A stretch of 36,326 bases of DNA from Acidobacteriota bacterium (GTDB lineage: Bacteria > Acidobacteriota > UBA4820 > DSQY01): positions 27,266 through 63,591 of the forward strand of contig JBBIUU010000003.1 of NCBI GenBank assembly GCA_037440125.1, written 5' to 3'. The notes under the pieces were generated by a model, which ran no database searches, was not told the origin of the DNA, and saw only the letters and a list, made by a program, of their open reading frames with translations. The position numbers were made by a program, and so were the translations under genes. Shown one piece after another: positions 9,062 through 17,873 of the stretch; position 1 is the first letter of the stretch; every line of letters begins with the position of its first letter.

Positions 9062-11452
9062 ATGAGCCGACGAAGGACCCTTCTCCTGGCCGCCCTGACC
9101 CTCATCGCCCTCTCCTGGGCCGCCGCCGCGCAGGAGCTGCCGCCCGCGGCCCCCGCCGCCCCCACGACGTCCCAAGGTCCGGTGAAGATCGAGAAGATCG
9201 TCCTGGACGGCAACGACCGTCTCACCCAGGACGCCTTCCTCGCGCTCACCAGCCTGCGGCCCGGCGAGGTCTACAGCGCCGAGCGCATCCGCCAGGAGTA
9301 CGACAAGATCTGGGCCTCCGGGCTCCTCGAGGACCTCAGCGTCGAGGTCACCGACGGCAAGGAGGGCAAGGTCGTCACCTTCCACATCAAGGAGCGCCCC
9401 ATCATCTCCTCCGTGGAGTACACGGGGAGCAAGTCCCTCACCGCGAGCACGAACCTGGACAAGCTCAAGGAGAACAACGCCGACATCAAGACCGGCACGG
9501 TCCTCGACTACACCAAGATCAAGAGGACCGAGGCGGCCCTGCGCTTCATGGCCGCCGAGAAGGGCTTCGGGGACGCGGTCGTCACGACCAAGGTCCAGAG
9601 CATGGGCCGCTCGGCCGTGGCCATCACCTTCAACATCCAGGAGGGCCCCAAGACCCGCATCGAGAAGGTCCTCTTCCTGAACCAGAAGGTCTACGGCCAG
9701 ATGAAGCTGCGCTGGACCATGAAGAAGACGCGCCAGCACTGGTTCCTCTCCTGGGCCACGCGCCACGACATCTACTCCGAGGGGCGCTACTTCGAGGACA
9801 TCAAGGCCGTCCGCGAGCTCTTCGAGAGCAACGGCTACCTCGACGTGGACATCGGCGACCCCATCATCGACAGCCACTACGACAAGGGCAAGACGCACAA
9901 GTGGCTGACGATCTCCATCCCGGTCGAGCCGGGGGTCTCCTACAAGCTCGGCACCGTGTCGTTCGAGGGGAACAACGTGTTCACGGACGCGGAGCTGAGG
10001 AAGCCATTCCTCCTCAAGCCGGGCAAGGTCCTCGACAAGGTGGCCCTCGGGTACGTCATCAAGCGCATCGAGGGGATGTACGGCGCCAAGGGCTACATCT
10101 ACGCCACCGCCACACCCATCTTCGACAAGGACGCCAAGACGGGGGTCTGCAACCTCTCCATCTCGATCACCGAGGACCAGATTTACTACGTGAACCACAT
10201 CGACTTCCTCGGCAACTCGCAGACGCGCGACTACGTCCTGAGGCGCAACATGCTCGTCTACGAGCAGGAGGTCTTCAACTACAGCAAGTACCAGACGGGC
10301 CTCTACCAGCTCAAGCAGACGGGCATCTTCGAGATCAAGGAGGACCCCGTCGTCACCAAGGTGCCCAACACCAACACGGTCAACGTGACGGTCAAGGGCA
10401 ACGAGGCGAACAAGAACGAGCTCCTCTTCGGCGGCGGCTACGGCGGCGTCAACGGATTCTTCGTGTCGGGATCCTTCAGGACCTACAACTTCCTGGGCAT
10501 GGGCACGACCTTCGCCGTCAACGCCGACGTGGGCAAGTACCAGAAGCTGTTCGCCATCAACTACAGCGACCCCTGGCTCTTCGGACACCGCGTGGGCGGG
10601 TCCATCTCGGTCTTCAACCGGAAGATGGTCTACCTGCAGTTCGACCAGTCCTCCATCGGCGGCAACCTGGCGGTGACCTTCCCCATCGGCAACTTCGCCT
10701 ACTGGCAGGTGGGCCTCTCGCACGACCGCTCGAAGATCACCAACCTCCAGGGCTACGCGTCGGTCAACCCCGACTACGTGTCGAGCCTCAACAACAGCAC
10801 GACGACCGCCGTGACGGCGGGCATCGGGTTCAACACCATCAACAACCCCTTCCGGCCCACCAACGGCATGTCCGCCGCGCTGAACGTCTTCTTCGCGGGC
10901 ACGTGGCTGGGCGGGCAGAACCAGTACTACAAGCCCACGGGCCAGTTCTCGATCTTCCTCCCCACCTTCAGGCGCCAGAACCTGGCGTTCCGGCTGCAGG
11001 GCGGCTACCTGGCGGCCTACAACGGTCAGACGATCCCCATCTGGGAGCGCTACTTCCTGGGCGGCGAGGACAGCCTGCGCGGGTTCGGCGTCCGCACGGT
11101 CTACCCCGAGGTGGAGGTCACCAGCAAGAGCGGCGACAAGTACTACCGCTACTTCATCGACCCCGGCACGGGCACGATCGAGGGCGGCAACCGCTACTAC
11201 CTGCTCAACACCGAGTACGTCTTCCACATCGTCGAGCAGGTGGACGTGGCCGCCTTCGCGGACATCGGCAACACCTACCACGAGCGCCAGAAGGTCCAGC
11301 TCTCCAACTACCGCGCGGACGCGGGCGTCGAGGTCCGCTTCTTCATCCCGACCTTCAACGTCCCCCTGCGGCTCATCTGGGCGAACAACCTCAACCCTCG
11401 CCCCCACGACGACTTCAGCACCTTCCAGTTCTCGATCGGTCTCACGTTCTAG
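9062..11452 (+). CDS. bamA: outer membrane protein assembly factor BamA
   Basis: Signal peptide; POTRA-like repeats (GNDRL, FEGNNVF, FLGNSQTRDYVLRR); barrel motif LGGEDSLRGF; C-terminal FQFSIGLTF; followed by skp-lpxD. Confidence 0.95.
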   Translation: MSRRRTLLLAALTLIALSWAAAAQELPPAAPAAPTTSQGPVKIEKIVLDGNDRLTQDAFLALTSLRPGEVYSAERIRQEYDKIWASGLLEDLSVEVTDGKEGKVVTFHIKERPIISSVEYTGSKSLTASTNLDKLKENNADIKTGTVLDYTKIKRTEAALRFMAAEKGFGDAVVTTKVQSMGRSAVAITFNIQEGPKTRIEKVLFLNQKVYGQMKLRWTMKKTRQHWFLSWATRHDIYSEGRYFEDIKAVRELFESNGYLDVDIGDPIIDSHYDKGKTHKWLTISIPVEPGVSYKLGTVSFEGNNVFTDAELRKPFLLKPGKVLDKVALGYVIKRIEGMYGAKGYIYATATPIFDKDAKTGVCNLSISITEDQIYYVNHIDFLGNSQTRDYVLRRNMLVYEQEVFNYSKYQTGLYQLKQTGIFEIKEDPVVTKVPNTNTVNVTVKGNEANKNELLFGGGYGGVNGFFVSGSFRTYNFLGMGTTFAVNADVGKYQKLFAINYSDPWLFGHRVGGSISVFNRKMVYLQFDQSSIGGNLAVTFPIGNFAYWQVGLSHDRSKITNLQGYASVNPDYVSSLNNSTTTAVTAGIGFNTINNPFRPTNGMSAALNVFFAGTWLGGQNQYYKPTGQFSIFLPTFRRQNLAFRLQGGYLAAYNGQTIPIWERYFLGGEDSLRGFGVRTVYPEVEVTSKSGDKYYRYFIDPGTGTIEGGNRYYLLNTEYVFHIVEQVDVAAFADIGNTYHERQKVQLSNYRADAGVEVRFFIPTFNVPLRLIWANNLNPRPHDDFSTFQFSIGLTF

Positions 11453-11479
11453 TTCCAGGGATCACACGGAGGATCGCAC

Positions 11480-11989
11480 ATGCAGAAGTGGGCAACACTC
11501 GCCGTCGCCGCCACCCTCACCCTCGTCTCGGCCGCCGCCTTCGCCCAGGCCACTCAGAAGGTCGCCGTCCTGGACACCATGAAGGTGGCCAACGAGTCCA
11601 AGGAGGGCAAGCGGATCCAGACCACCCTCAAGGACTATCACGACAAGAAGCAGGGCGAGATCAACGCGAAGGAAGCCGATCTCAAGGCCCTCGAGGACAA
11701 GAGCAAGGACCCCAAGGTGAGCGACGCCGCCAAGGACGACCTGCGCAACCAGTTCACGCAGAAGATGTACGAGTACCAGGCCTTCGCGAAGGCCGCGCAG
11801 GACGAGATGGAGAGCCGCTCCCAGAAGATGCAGCAGGACTTCCAGGGCAAGCTCTCGGGCGTCATCGCCAAGTACGCCCAGTCCAAGGGCATCTCCCTGG
11901 TGGTCGAGAAGGGCATCTGCCTCTTCAACGCCGACTCCCTCGACGTCACCGCCGACGTCATCGCGGAGATGAACAAGGCCTACCCGTAA
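11480..11989 (+). CDS. skp: periplasmic chaperone Skp/OmpH
   Basis: Signal peptide, KVAVLD start, long coiled coil, C-terminal DVTADVIAEMN; canonical position between bamA and lpxD. Confidence 0.9.
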   Translation: MQKWATLAVAATLTLVSAAAFAQATQKVAVLDTMKVANESKEGKRIQTTLKDYHDKKQGEINAKEADLKALEDKSKDPKVSDAAKDDLRNQFTQKMYEYQAFAKAAQDEMESRSQKMQQDFQGKLSGVIAKYAQSKGISLVVEKGICLFNADSLDVTADVIAEMNKAYP

Positions 11990-12023
11990 GCCTGGCGCCC
12001 CAGGCTCCAGGCCCGTGGACACG

Positions 12024-13037
12024 ATGAAGGCCGCAGAGATTGCCGCCCTCGTGGGCGCCACCGTGGAGGGGGACCCCGCCGTCGAACTGAGCGGCGTGGC
12101 CCCCCTCGAGCGCGCCGCGGGGAGCGACATCTCCTTCCTCTCCAACCCGAGATACAGGGACGCGGCGCTGCGGAGCGCGGCGGGCGCCATCCTGGCGTCG
12201 TCGGGATCCGACCTGCCCGGCCGGACGGTCCTGGTGTGCGCGGACCCGTACGCGGCCTTCGCCAGGATCATGCAGCACTTCCACCCGCCGCGCCGCCGGC
12301 CCCCTGGCGTCCACCCCTCGGCCTGCGTCGCCGAGGACGCCAGGGTTTCCGCCGAAGCCCACGTCGGGCCCAACGCGGTGATCGGGGCCGGCTCGACGGT
12401 CGCCGAGGGCGCCCAGATCGACGCGGGGTGCGTGATCGGCGAGGGGTGCACCGTGGGACGCGACTGCCACCTCTTCCCCCGCGTCGTGCTCTACGACGGC
12501 ACCTCCCTCGGGGAGCGCGTCGTCCTCCACTCGGGGGTGGTCGTCGGGGCCGACGGCTTCGGCTACGCCTTCGAGGCGGGCCGCCACCTCAAGATCCCGC
12601 AGGTGGGCCGCGTGGTCATCGAGGACGACGTGGAGATCGGCGCCAACAGCACCGTGGACCGCGGCGCCATGGAGGACACCCGGATCGGCGCGGGCACCAA
12701 GATCGACAACCTCGTGATGGTCGCCCACAACGTGCAGGTGGGGCCGCACTGCATCCTCGTGGCGCAGAGCGGCATCAGCGGCAGCACCCGCCTGGGTCAC
12801 CACGTGATCATCGCCGGGCAGTCCGGCGCCGTCGGGCACATCCACATCGGCGACGGGGCCAAGGTGGGCGCGAAGTCCGCCGTGACCCACGACCTGCCGC
12901 CCGGAGCCTTCGTCACCGGGCACCCCGCACAGGACCACCGCCGCTGGCTCAAGGAACGCGCCCTGGCCGGCAGGCTCGAGGAGTTCTTCCAGCGCCTGAG
13001 GCGGCTCGAATCGCGCGTCGACAAGGAGGAAACTTGA
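12024..13037 (+). CDS. lpxD: UDP-3-O-(3-hydroxyacyl)glucosamine N-acyltransferase
   Basis: ISFLSNPRY; hexapeptide repeats; [27 protein letters not shown] and [12 protein letters not shown] motifs; alternative GTG start at 12015. Confidence 0.95.
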   Translation: MKAAEIAALVGATVEGDPAVELSGVAPLERAAGSDISFLSNPRYRDAALRSAAGAILASSGSDLPGRTVLVCADPYAAFARIMQHFHPPRRRPPGVHPSACVAEDARVSAEAHVGPNAVIGAGSTVAEGAQIDAGCVIGEGCTVGRDCHLFPRVVLYDGTSLGERVVLHSGVVVGADGFGYAFEAGRHLKIPQVGRVVIEDDVEIGANSTVDRGAMEDTRIGAGTKIDNLVMVAHNVQVGPHCILVAQSGISGSTRLGHHVIIAGQSGAVGHIHIGDGAKVGAKSAVTHDLPPGAFVTGHPAQDHRRWLKERALAGRLEEFFQRLRRLESRVDKEET

Positions 13038-13471
13038 GCGTCATGGACGTGACCGAAATCCAGAAGATCCTGCCCCACCGCTACCCCTTCCTCCTCGTGG
13101 ACCGGATCCTCGAGGTCGAGCCGGGCAAGCGCATCGTGGGCATCAAGAACGTGACGGCGAACGAGGAGTTCTTCCTCGGCCACTTCCCCGGGAAGCCCGT
13201 CATGCCGGGCGTGCTCATCGTGGAGGCCATGGCACAGGTGGGCGGCGTGCTCCTCCTCAGTGACGTGCCCGACCGGGAGAACAAGCTCGTCTACTTCATG
13301 GGCATCGACGAGGCGCGCTTCCGGAGGCCCGTGGTGCCCGGGGACCAGCTGCGGATGGAGCTCGAGGTCCTCAGGCTCAAACAGAGCACGTGCAAGCTGC
13401 AGGGCAAGGCCTTCGTGGACGGCCAGCTCGTAGCCGAGGCCGTGGTCATGTCGGCCATGGTGGACAGATAG
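13034..13471 (+). CDS. fabZ: 3-hydroxyacyl-ACP dehydratase FabZ
   Basis: [12 protein letters not shown] and [20 protein letters not shown] motifs; TTG start after AGGAGG (or ATG 13043). Confidence 0.95.
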   Translation: MSVMDVTEIQKILPHRYPFLLVDRILEVEPGKRIVGIKNVTANEEFFLGHFPGKPVMPGVLIVEAMAQVGGVLLLSDVPDRENKLVYFMGIDEARFRRPVVPGDQLRMELEVLRLKQSTCKLQGKAFVDGQLVAEAVVMSAMVDR

Positions 13472-13516
13472 AGCCGGGGAGTCGGCGAGCCGGAGACGGG
13501 GGAGGAAGGCAGACCC

Positions 13517-14302
13517 ATGGCAACCAACATTCATCCTTCGGCGGTGGTCGAGAAGGGCGCGCAGTTCGGCGAGGGCTGCACCGTATCGGCCTTCGCGTAC
13601 GTGGGCCCCGAGGTGACGCTGGGAGACCGGTGCTCCGTGGGGCCGCACTGCGTCCTGCACGGCAAGGTGACCATGGGGTCGGGCAACACGCTCGTGTCCC
13701 ACGCCGCCATCGGCGGCCCGCCCCAGGACATCAGCTTCAAGGGCGAGCGCAGCGAGGTCATCGTCGGGGACGACAACGTGTTCCGCGAGTTCGTGACCAT
13801 CAACCGCGCAACGTCCAAGGAGCAGCGCATCACGCGCCTCGGCAGCCGGGGCCTCTACATGGCCTACGCCCACGTGGCGCACGACTGCCACGTCGGCGAC
13901 AACGTCATCTTCGCCAACAACGCCACGCTGGCGGGCCACGTGCACGTCGGCAAGCACTCCACGGTGGGGGCGCTCTCCGCCGTCCACCAGTTCTGCACCG
14001 TGGGCGACTACGCATTCATCGGCGGAGGCTCCATCATCACCCGCGACGTCCTGCCCTTCGTGAAGACAGTCGGCGCGCGCGGCGAGGGGCACACCTACGG
14101 GATCAACACCATCGGCCTCCAGAGGAAGGGGTTCTCCGCCGAGTCCATCGAGGCGCTCAAGTCGGCCTACCGGACGATCTTCCACTCCAAGCTCCTCTTC
14201 ACCGAGGCGGTCGCGACCGTGGAGCGGGAGATGGGCCATGTGCCGGAGGTGGCCTATCTCGTGAAGTTCATCCGCGAGTCCAAGCGGGGGATACAGAGAT
14301 AG
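13517..14302 (+). CDS. lpxA: acyl-ACP--UDP-N-acetylglucosamine O-acyltransferase
   Basis: IHPSAVVE, PQDISF, REFVTINR, YAHVAHDC, LAGHV and VHQFC motifs. Confidence 0.95.
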   Translation: MATNIHPSAVVEKGAQFGEGCTVSAFAYVGPEVTLGDRCSVGPHCVLHGKVTMGSGNTLVSHAAIGGPPQDISFKGERSEVIVGDDNVFREFVTINRATSKEQRITRLGSRGLYMAYAHVAHDCHVGDNVIFANNATLAGHVHVGKHSTVGALSAVHQFCTVGDYAFIGGGSIITRDVLPFVKTVGARGEGHTYGINTIGLQRKGFSAESIEALKSAYRTIFHSKLLFTEAVATVEREMGHVPEVAYLVKFIRESKRGIQR

Positions 14303-14328
14303 AGCTGGGGAGCTGGGGAGCTGGGGAG
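14303..14328. repeat. octamer tandem repeat (AGCTGGGG)x3
   Basis: Directly visible after the lpxA stop; related octamers at 1-28, 13471-13500 and 31621-31661. Confidence 0.7.
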
Positions 14329-14370
14329 AGAAGAACACCAACACAGCAGACGGCGCGGAGCGAGGGCAGG

Positions 14371-15303
14371 ATGGCTGCGAACGATGCCTTGAGAATTGCG
14401 GTGGTGGGGGTGGGCAGCCTGGGTCAGCACCACGCCCGGATCCTGTCCGACATGCCGGGCGTGAAGCTCGTGGGCGTGGCGGACACGAACGAGGCGCGCG
14501 CCGCGGAGATCGCCGGCAAGTATGGCACGGCGCCCTTCGCCTCCCCCGACGCCCTGCCCGAGGTGGACGGAGTCGTCATCGCCGCCCCGACGCGGCTGCA
14601 CTGCGACCTCTCCTCGGGGTTCCTGGGACGCGGCGTGGGCGTCCTCTGCGAGAAGCCCATGGCCACTTCGGTGGAGGAGTGCGACCGCATCCTCGCCGCC
14701 CGCGACCGCTCGGGGGCCCCCCTCCTCGTGGGGCACATCGAGCACTTTAACCCCGGCGTCCAGGCCATCGCGCCCCTGGTGAAGTCCCCGGGCTTCCTCG
14801 AGGTGCACCGCCTCGGCGTCATGCCGGGGCGCTCCCTGGACGTGGACGTGGTCCTCGACCTCATGATCCACGACATCGAGATCGCGCAGAGCCTGGTGGG
14901 ACGCCCCGTCGCAAAGGCGGAGGCCGTCGGCGTGCACGTGCTGACGCCCTTCGTGGACCTCGCCAACGCGAGGCTCACCTTCGAGGGCGGGTGCGTGGCC
15001 AACCTGACGGCGAGCCGCATCTCCCGCGAGCGCGTGCGGAAGCTGCGGGTCTTCCAGCCCGAGGCCTACCTCTCCGTGGACTACGCCGAGCAGTCGGTGG
15101 AGTGCTACCGGGTCGAGGCGGGCGATTCGGCGAAGCAGATCGTGAAGGTCCCCGTGGAGGTCGAGAAGAGGGAGCCGCTGCGCTGCGAGCTCGACCACTT
15201 CGTCGACGTGCTCCGCGGGAAGGCCGCGCCCCGGGTCGGCGGAGAGGCGGCGCGCGCCGCCGTGGAGACGGCCCAGGCCATCCTGAGATGCATGGGGACC
15301 TGA
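14371..15303 (+). CDS. Gfo/Idh/MocA family NAD-dependent oxidoreductase (GnnA-like UDP-GlcNAc 3-dehydrogenase candidate)
   Basis: Rossmann VVGVGSLGQHHAR; CEKPMA; VGHIEHFNP; DVVLDLMIHDI; ANLTASRIS; immediately downstream of lpxA. Confidence 0.85.
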   Translation: MAANDALRIAVVGVGSLGQHHARILSDMPGVKLVGVADTNEARAAEIAGKYGTAPFASPDALPEVDGVVIAAPTRLHCDLSSGFLGRGVGVLCEKPMATSVEECDRILAARDRSGAPLLVGHIEHFNPGVQAIAPLVKSPGFLEVHRLGVMPGRSLDVDVVLDLMIHDIEIAQSLVGRPVAKAEAVGVHVLTPFVDLANARLTFEGGCVANLTASRISRERVRKLRVFQPEAYLSVDYAEQSVECYRVEAGDSAKQIVKVPVEVEKREPLRCELDHFVDVLRGKAAPRVGGEAARAAVETAQAILRCMGT

Positions 15304-16352
15304 ACAGCGGCCGCGTCGCGTCCGCCCTCACCGCGATCTGCCCCTCGAAAACTCCCGGCTTCGCGTGGAGCGTCACGGACGCTTCGGGGCGCCGCCTCGC
15401 TTGGGGTTGCCAGGGGAGCGCGGTGGTGGACCCCATCCGGCAGCCGGTCGGCGAAGACACGCTCTTCGACCTGGCCTCCCTCACCAAACCCCTCGTCACC
15501 GCGGCCCTCGCCCTCCAGGCCGCCGACCGCGGCGAGCTGGACCTTGAGGCGCCCGTGGCCGGGACGGGCTTCACGCCCCTCCAGCTCCTCCGGCACGAGG
15601 CGGGCTTCCCCGCCTGGCGGCCGCTCTACGCCTTCGCCCGCGACCGCGAGGGAGCGAGGCGCTGGCTCCTCCTCGGGTGCCCGAGGGAGGAGCCGGGGTG
15701 CAGGACCGAATACACCTGCCTGGGCTACATCCTTCTCGGGTTCCTCTTGGAGGAGTTCTTGCATGCCCCGCTGTCCGGCCTCTTCGCCGAGCGCCTCGCG
15801 GCGCCTCTCGGGCTGAAGCCCGAGGACGCGTGCTTCTCGCCTTCGGAGAGCCTTAGAGCCCGTGTGGCGGCCACCGAGCGAGGGCCCCTCCACGAGGACG
15901 GATTGGCGCGCCAATATGGCAGTGAGCCGCCGTCGTTCAGGGAACCGGCGGGCTGGGGGGAGGTCAATGACGGTAACGCGAGGATGCTCGGAGGCGCCGC
16001 GGGAAACGCCGGCCTCTTTGGGAACCTGCACGCCGTGGAGGGACTGGCCGCCGCGTTCAGGCCGGGGTCGGCCCTCCTCTCCGAGCGCGCGCTGCGCCTC
16101 GCGTGGGACGCCACGCCCGGTTTCCGGACGGCAGGCTGGAAGGCCGCCGGGACCCCCGGGTGGGCCGCGGGCGCGTGCCTCCCGCGGGGCGCCGTGGGCC
16201 ACGAGGGCTTCACGGGAACGGGCGTGTGGATGGAGCCGGGACGCGGCCGGACCTTCATCCTGTTGGCGAACCGGGTCCATCCGGTGCATCCTGAAGACGA
16301 CTTCGGCCCGGCGAGGGCGCACTTCCTCGCCGCCGCGAGGGAGCTGAGTTGA
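15288..16352 (+). CDS. serine hydrolase (beta-lactamase/AmpC-like fold)
   Basis: FDLASLTK (SxxK), LLRHEAG, EYTCLGYILLG, AGNAGLF and VGHEGFTGT motifs; start uncertain. Confidence 0.8.
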   Translation: MHGDLNSGRVASALTAICPSKTPGFAWSVTDASGRRLAWGCQGSAVVDPIRQPVGEDTLFDLASLTKPLVTAALALQAADRGELDLEAPVAGTGFTPLQLLRHEAGFPAWRPLYAFARDREGARRWLLLGCPREEPGCRTEYTCLGYILLGFLLEEFLHAPLSGLFAERLAAPLGLKPEDACFSPSESLRARVAATERGPLHEDGLARQYGSEPPSFREPAGWGEVNDGNARMLGGAAGNAGLFGNLHAVEGLAAAFRPGSALLSERALRLAWDATPGFRTAGWKAAGTPGWAAGACLPRGAVGHEGFTGTGVWMEPGRGRTFILLANRVHPVHPEDDFGPARAHFLAAARELS

Positions 16353-17401
16353 CGGAACGCTGGACCCACGCCACGGCCTTCGGCATCGCCGTGGTGCTGC
16401 ACCTCCTCTTGCTGGTCTTCGCCTCGAGGCAGTACTACGCCTCCGCGGCTCGCCCGCAGATGCTGAACCAGGCGGTGCGGCGCCTGGACCAGATCAACGG
16501 CCAGCCCGTCCGGTTCATCTACGTCAAGGACATGGTCCCGAGCAAGCTGCCGCCCATGGATCCCTCGCGCCTGAGCGACGTGAACCGGCGCGGCGCGAGC
16601 CCCGACCCGCGCAAGGGTAGCTCTCCCGATCCGACCATGAAGGGGGGCATCGCGACGCGGCAACTGGGAGGCCCGGGCGACGCACCCGTCACGCGTCCCA
16701 CGGTCATGCCCTCCCCCGCATCCCCGCCTCCGGAACCCGGCCGACCGGGCGCGGGCGAGGACCAGAGCGAGGCCCGACAGGCCTCTCGCCCCGCCTCCCA
16801 GCAGAACCGCGCCGGACGAAGCGCCAAGCCCTCAAGCAACACCGAAGCCAAGCCCGGCGCAGGCCAGGGGGTCCTGTCTACAGGGAAGCCCGAGAACGCC
16901 CAGGCGGGCCTCCCCGTGGGCGGCGAGGAGCAGGCCATGGCCTCCTCCAGCCCCGGGTCCTCCGGGCAACGGCCCGTTCCGCCGAGGCCGGGCGTGGGCG
17001 CCGCCCTCCAGCAGATGATGACGGGCAGCCTCCAGGGCGGGTATTCGAACCCGAACGCGAGCCGGCTCAACACGGGGTCGCTCTCCTTCGACACCGCCGG
17101 CTGGGACCTCGGGCCCTACGCCCGCAAGGTCCAGGAGCGCGTTCAGAGCAACTGGCACATCCCCGAGGCGCAGCAGGTCCTCAGGCAGCGCGGCTGGGTC
17201 GCGATCCACTTCAACGTGCACAAGGACGGCTCCATCACCGACCTGCAGGTGGTGCGTCCTTCGGGCATCCCCTCCTACGACCAGTCCGCCATCGACGCCC
17301 TGCGCTCCTCGAACCCCCTGCCGCCGCTCCCTGCGGAGGTCACCGTCCCTCAGATCTCCGGATTGTTCCGCTTCTACTACAACATGCACGACGACGAGTA
17401 G
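16349..17401 (+). CDS. TonB family energy-transducer-like protein (TM anchor, Pro-rich linker, TonB/TolA C-terminal domain)
   Basis: N-terminal TM with His (AVVLHLLLL); Pro/Gly/Ser-rich spacer; C-domain VQSNW..VAIHFNVHKDGSI..SGIPSYDQSAIDAL..PLPPLP. Confidence 0.8.
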   Translation: MTERWTHATAFGIAVVLHLLLLVFASRQYYASAARPQMLNQAVRRLDQINGQPVRFIYVKDMVPSKLPPMDPSRLSDVNRRGASPDPRKGSSPDPTMKGGIATRQLGGPGDAPVTRPTVMPSPASPPPEPGRPGAGEDQSEARQASRPASQQNRAGRSAKPSSNTEAKPGAGQGVLSTGKPENAQAGLPVGGEEQAMASSSPGSSGQRPVPPRPGVGAALQQMMTGSLQGGYSNPNASRLNTGSLSFDTAGWDLGPYARKVQERVQSNWHIPEAQQVLRQRGWVAIHFNVHKDGSITDLQVVRPSGIPSYDQSAIDALRSSNPLPPLPAEVTVPQISGLFRFYYNMHDDE

Positions 17402-17404
17402 GAC

Positions 17405-17536
17405 CTTTCCCGCCTTTCCCCCTTCGGCCTCCGCCCTTCCCCCATTTGCCCTTTGCCTCTCGCCTTCGTTTCCGAATTCCGCCTTCCGAATTTCGAATTG
17501 AAGCATCATTTTCCGCCTTTCGCCTTTCGCCTTCCC
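17405..17536. repeat. degenerate heptamer tandem repeat (TTTCGCC / TTCCGAA family)
   Basis: CCTTTCG- and TTCCGAA-like units; exact 22-bp CGCCTTCGTTTCCGAATTCCGC shared with 31499-31520. Confidence 0.7.
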
Positions 17537-17537
17537 G

Positions 17538-17554
17538 TTGGCATCCGCATTGCA
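17538..17554 (+). promoter_or_regulatory. sigma54 promoter 1 (candidate sRNA1)
   Basis: TTGGCATCCGCATTGCA; GG 17540-41 and GC 17552-53 at 12-bp offset. Confidence 0.75.
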
Positions 17555-17564
17555 TATATCTTGG

Positions 17565-17613
17565 TCTCATCCCCCTCCATTCCTCCATTGGCCCCGGTTT
17601 GGGGCTCTTTTTT
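17565..17613 (+). ncRNA. candidate sigma54-dependent small RNA 1 (~50 nt, C/U-rich seed plus terminator)
   Basis: Lies between sigma54 promoter 1 and the terminator GCCCC-GGTTT-GGGGC-TCTTTTTT; contains CCCCCTCCATTCCTCC; no ORF. Confidence 0.6.
17590..17613 (+). terminator. intrinsic terminator of candidate sRNA1 (may also end the upstream operon transcript)
   Basis: GGCCCC GGTTT GGGGCT stem followed by CTTTTTT. Confidence 0.7.
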
Positions 17614-17748
17614 GTTCATTTTCAAGCAGTTGCGCCGATTGACGCCTCTGGGACATTAAGGACTCAAAAGCCACAACGGGTGACCAAAGGGGGCACATGC
17701 TCGCTCGGGTCTGCCAGATTGTCCGGTTTTCTCGGGCGTTGAACTCCG

Positions 17749-17761
17749 CAACTCATTGATT
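17749..17761 (-). promoter_or_regulatory. IHF binding site
   Basis: Minus strand AATCAA-TGAG-TTG matches WATCAA-N4-TTR exactly, ~16 bp upstream of sigma54 promoter 2; a one-mismatch site TTTCAAGCAGTTG is at 17620-17632. Confidence 0.6.
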
Positions 17762-17776
17762 TCATTCAGCAAGCCG

Positions 17777-17793
17777 TTGGCACGCCCATTGCT
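17777..17793 (+). promoter_or_regulatory. sigma54 promoter 2 (candidate sRNA2)
   Basis: TTGGCACGCCCATTGCT matches the consensus TGGCACG-N4-TTGCW exactly. Confidence 0.85.
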
Positions 17794-17803
17794 CATCGTC
17801 AGG

Positions 17804-17860
17804 CGGTAGAACACCCCTCCCATTCCTCTGCGGGGGCCTCGCGGCCCCCGCCCTTCTTTT
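17804..17860 (+). ncRNA. candidate sigma54-dependent small RNA 2 (~57 nt, C/U-rich seed plus terminator)
   Basis: Lies between sigma54 promoter 2 and a 9-bp terminator stem; contains CCCCTCCCATTCCTC (13/15 identical to the sRNA1 motif). Confidence 0.65.
17830..17860 (+). terminator. intrinsic terminator of candidate sRNA2
   Basis: GCGGGGGCC-TCGC-GGCCCCCGC followed by CCTTCTTTT. Confidence 0.75.
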
Positions 17861-17873
17861 GCTCCTGCGAGCG

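Noticed and set aside
8987-12027. 806-aa minus-strand and 990-aa plus-strand ORFs over bamA/skp
   Set aside because: Off-frame shadows of bamA.
17405-17536. Repeat arrays considered as CRISPR arrays or IS ends
   Set aside because: Units are 7-8 bp with no unique spacers, and there are no cas or transposase genes.
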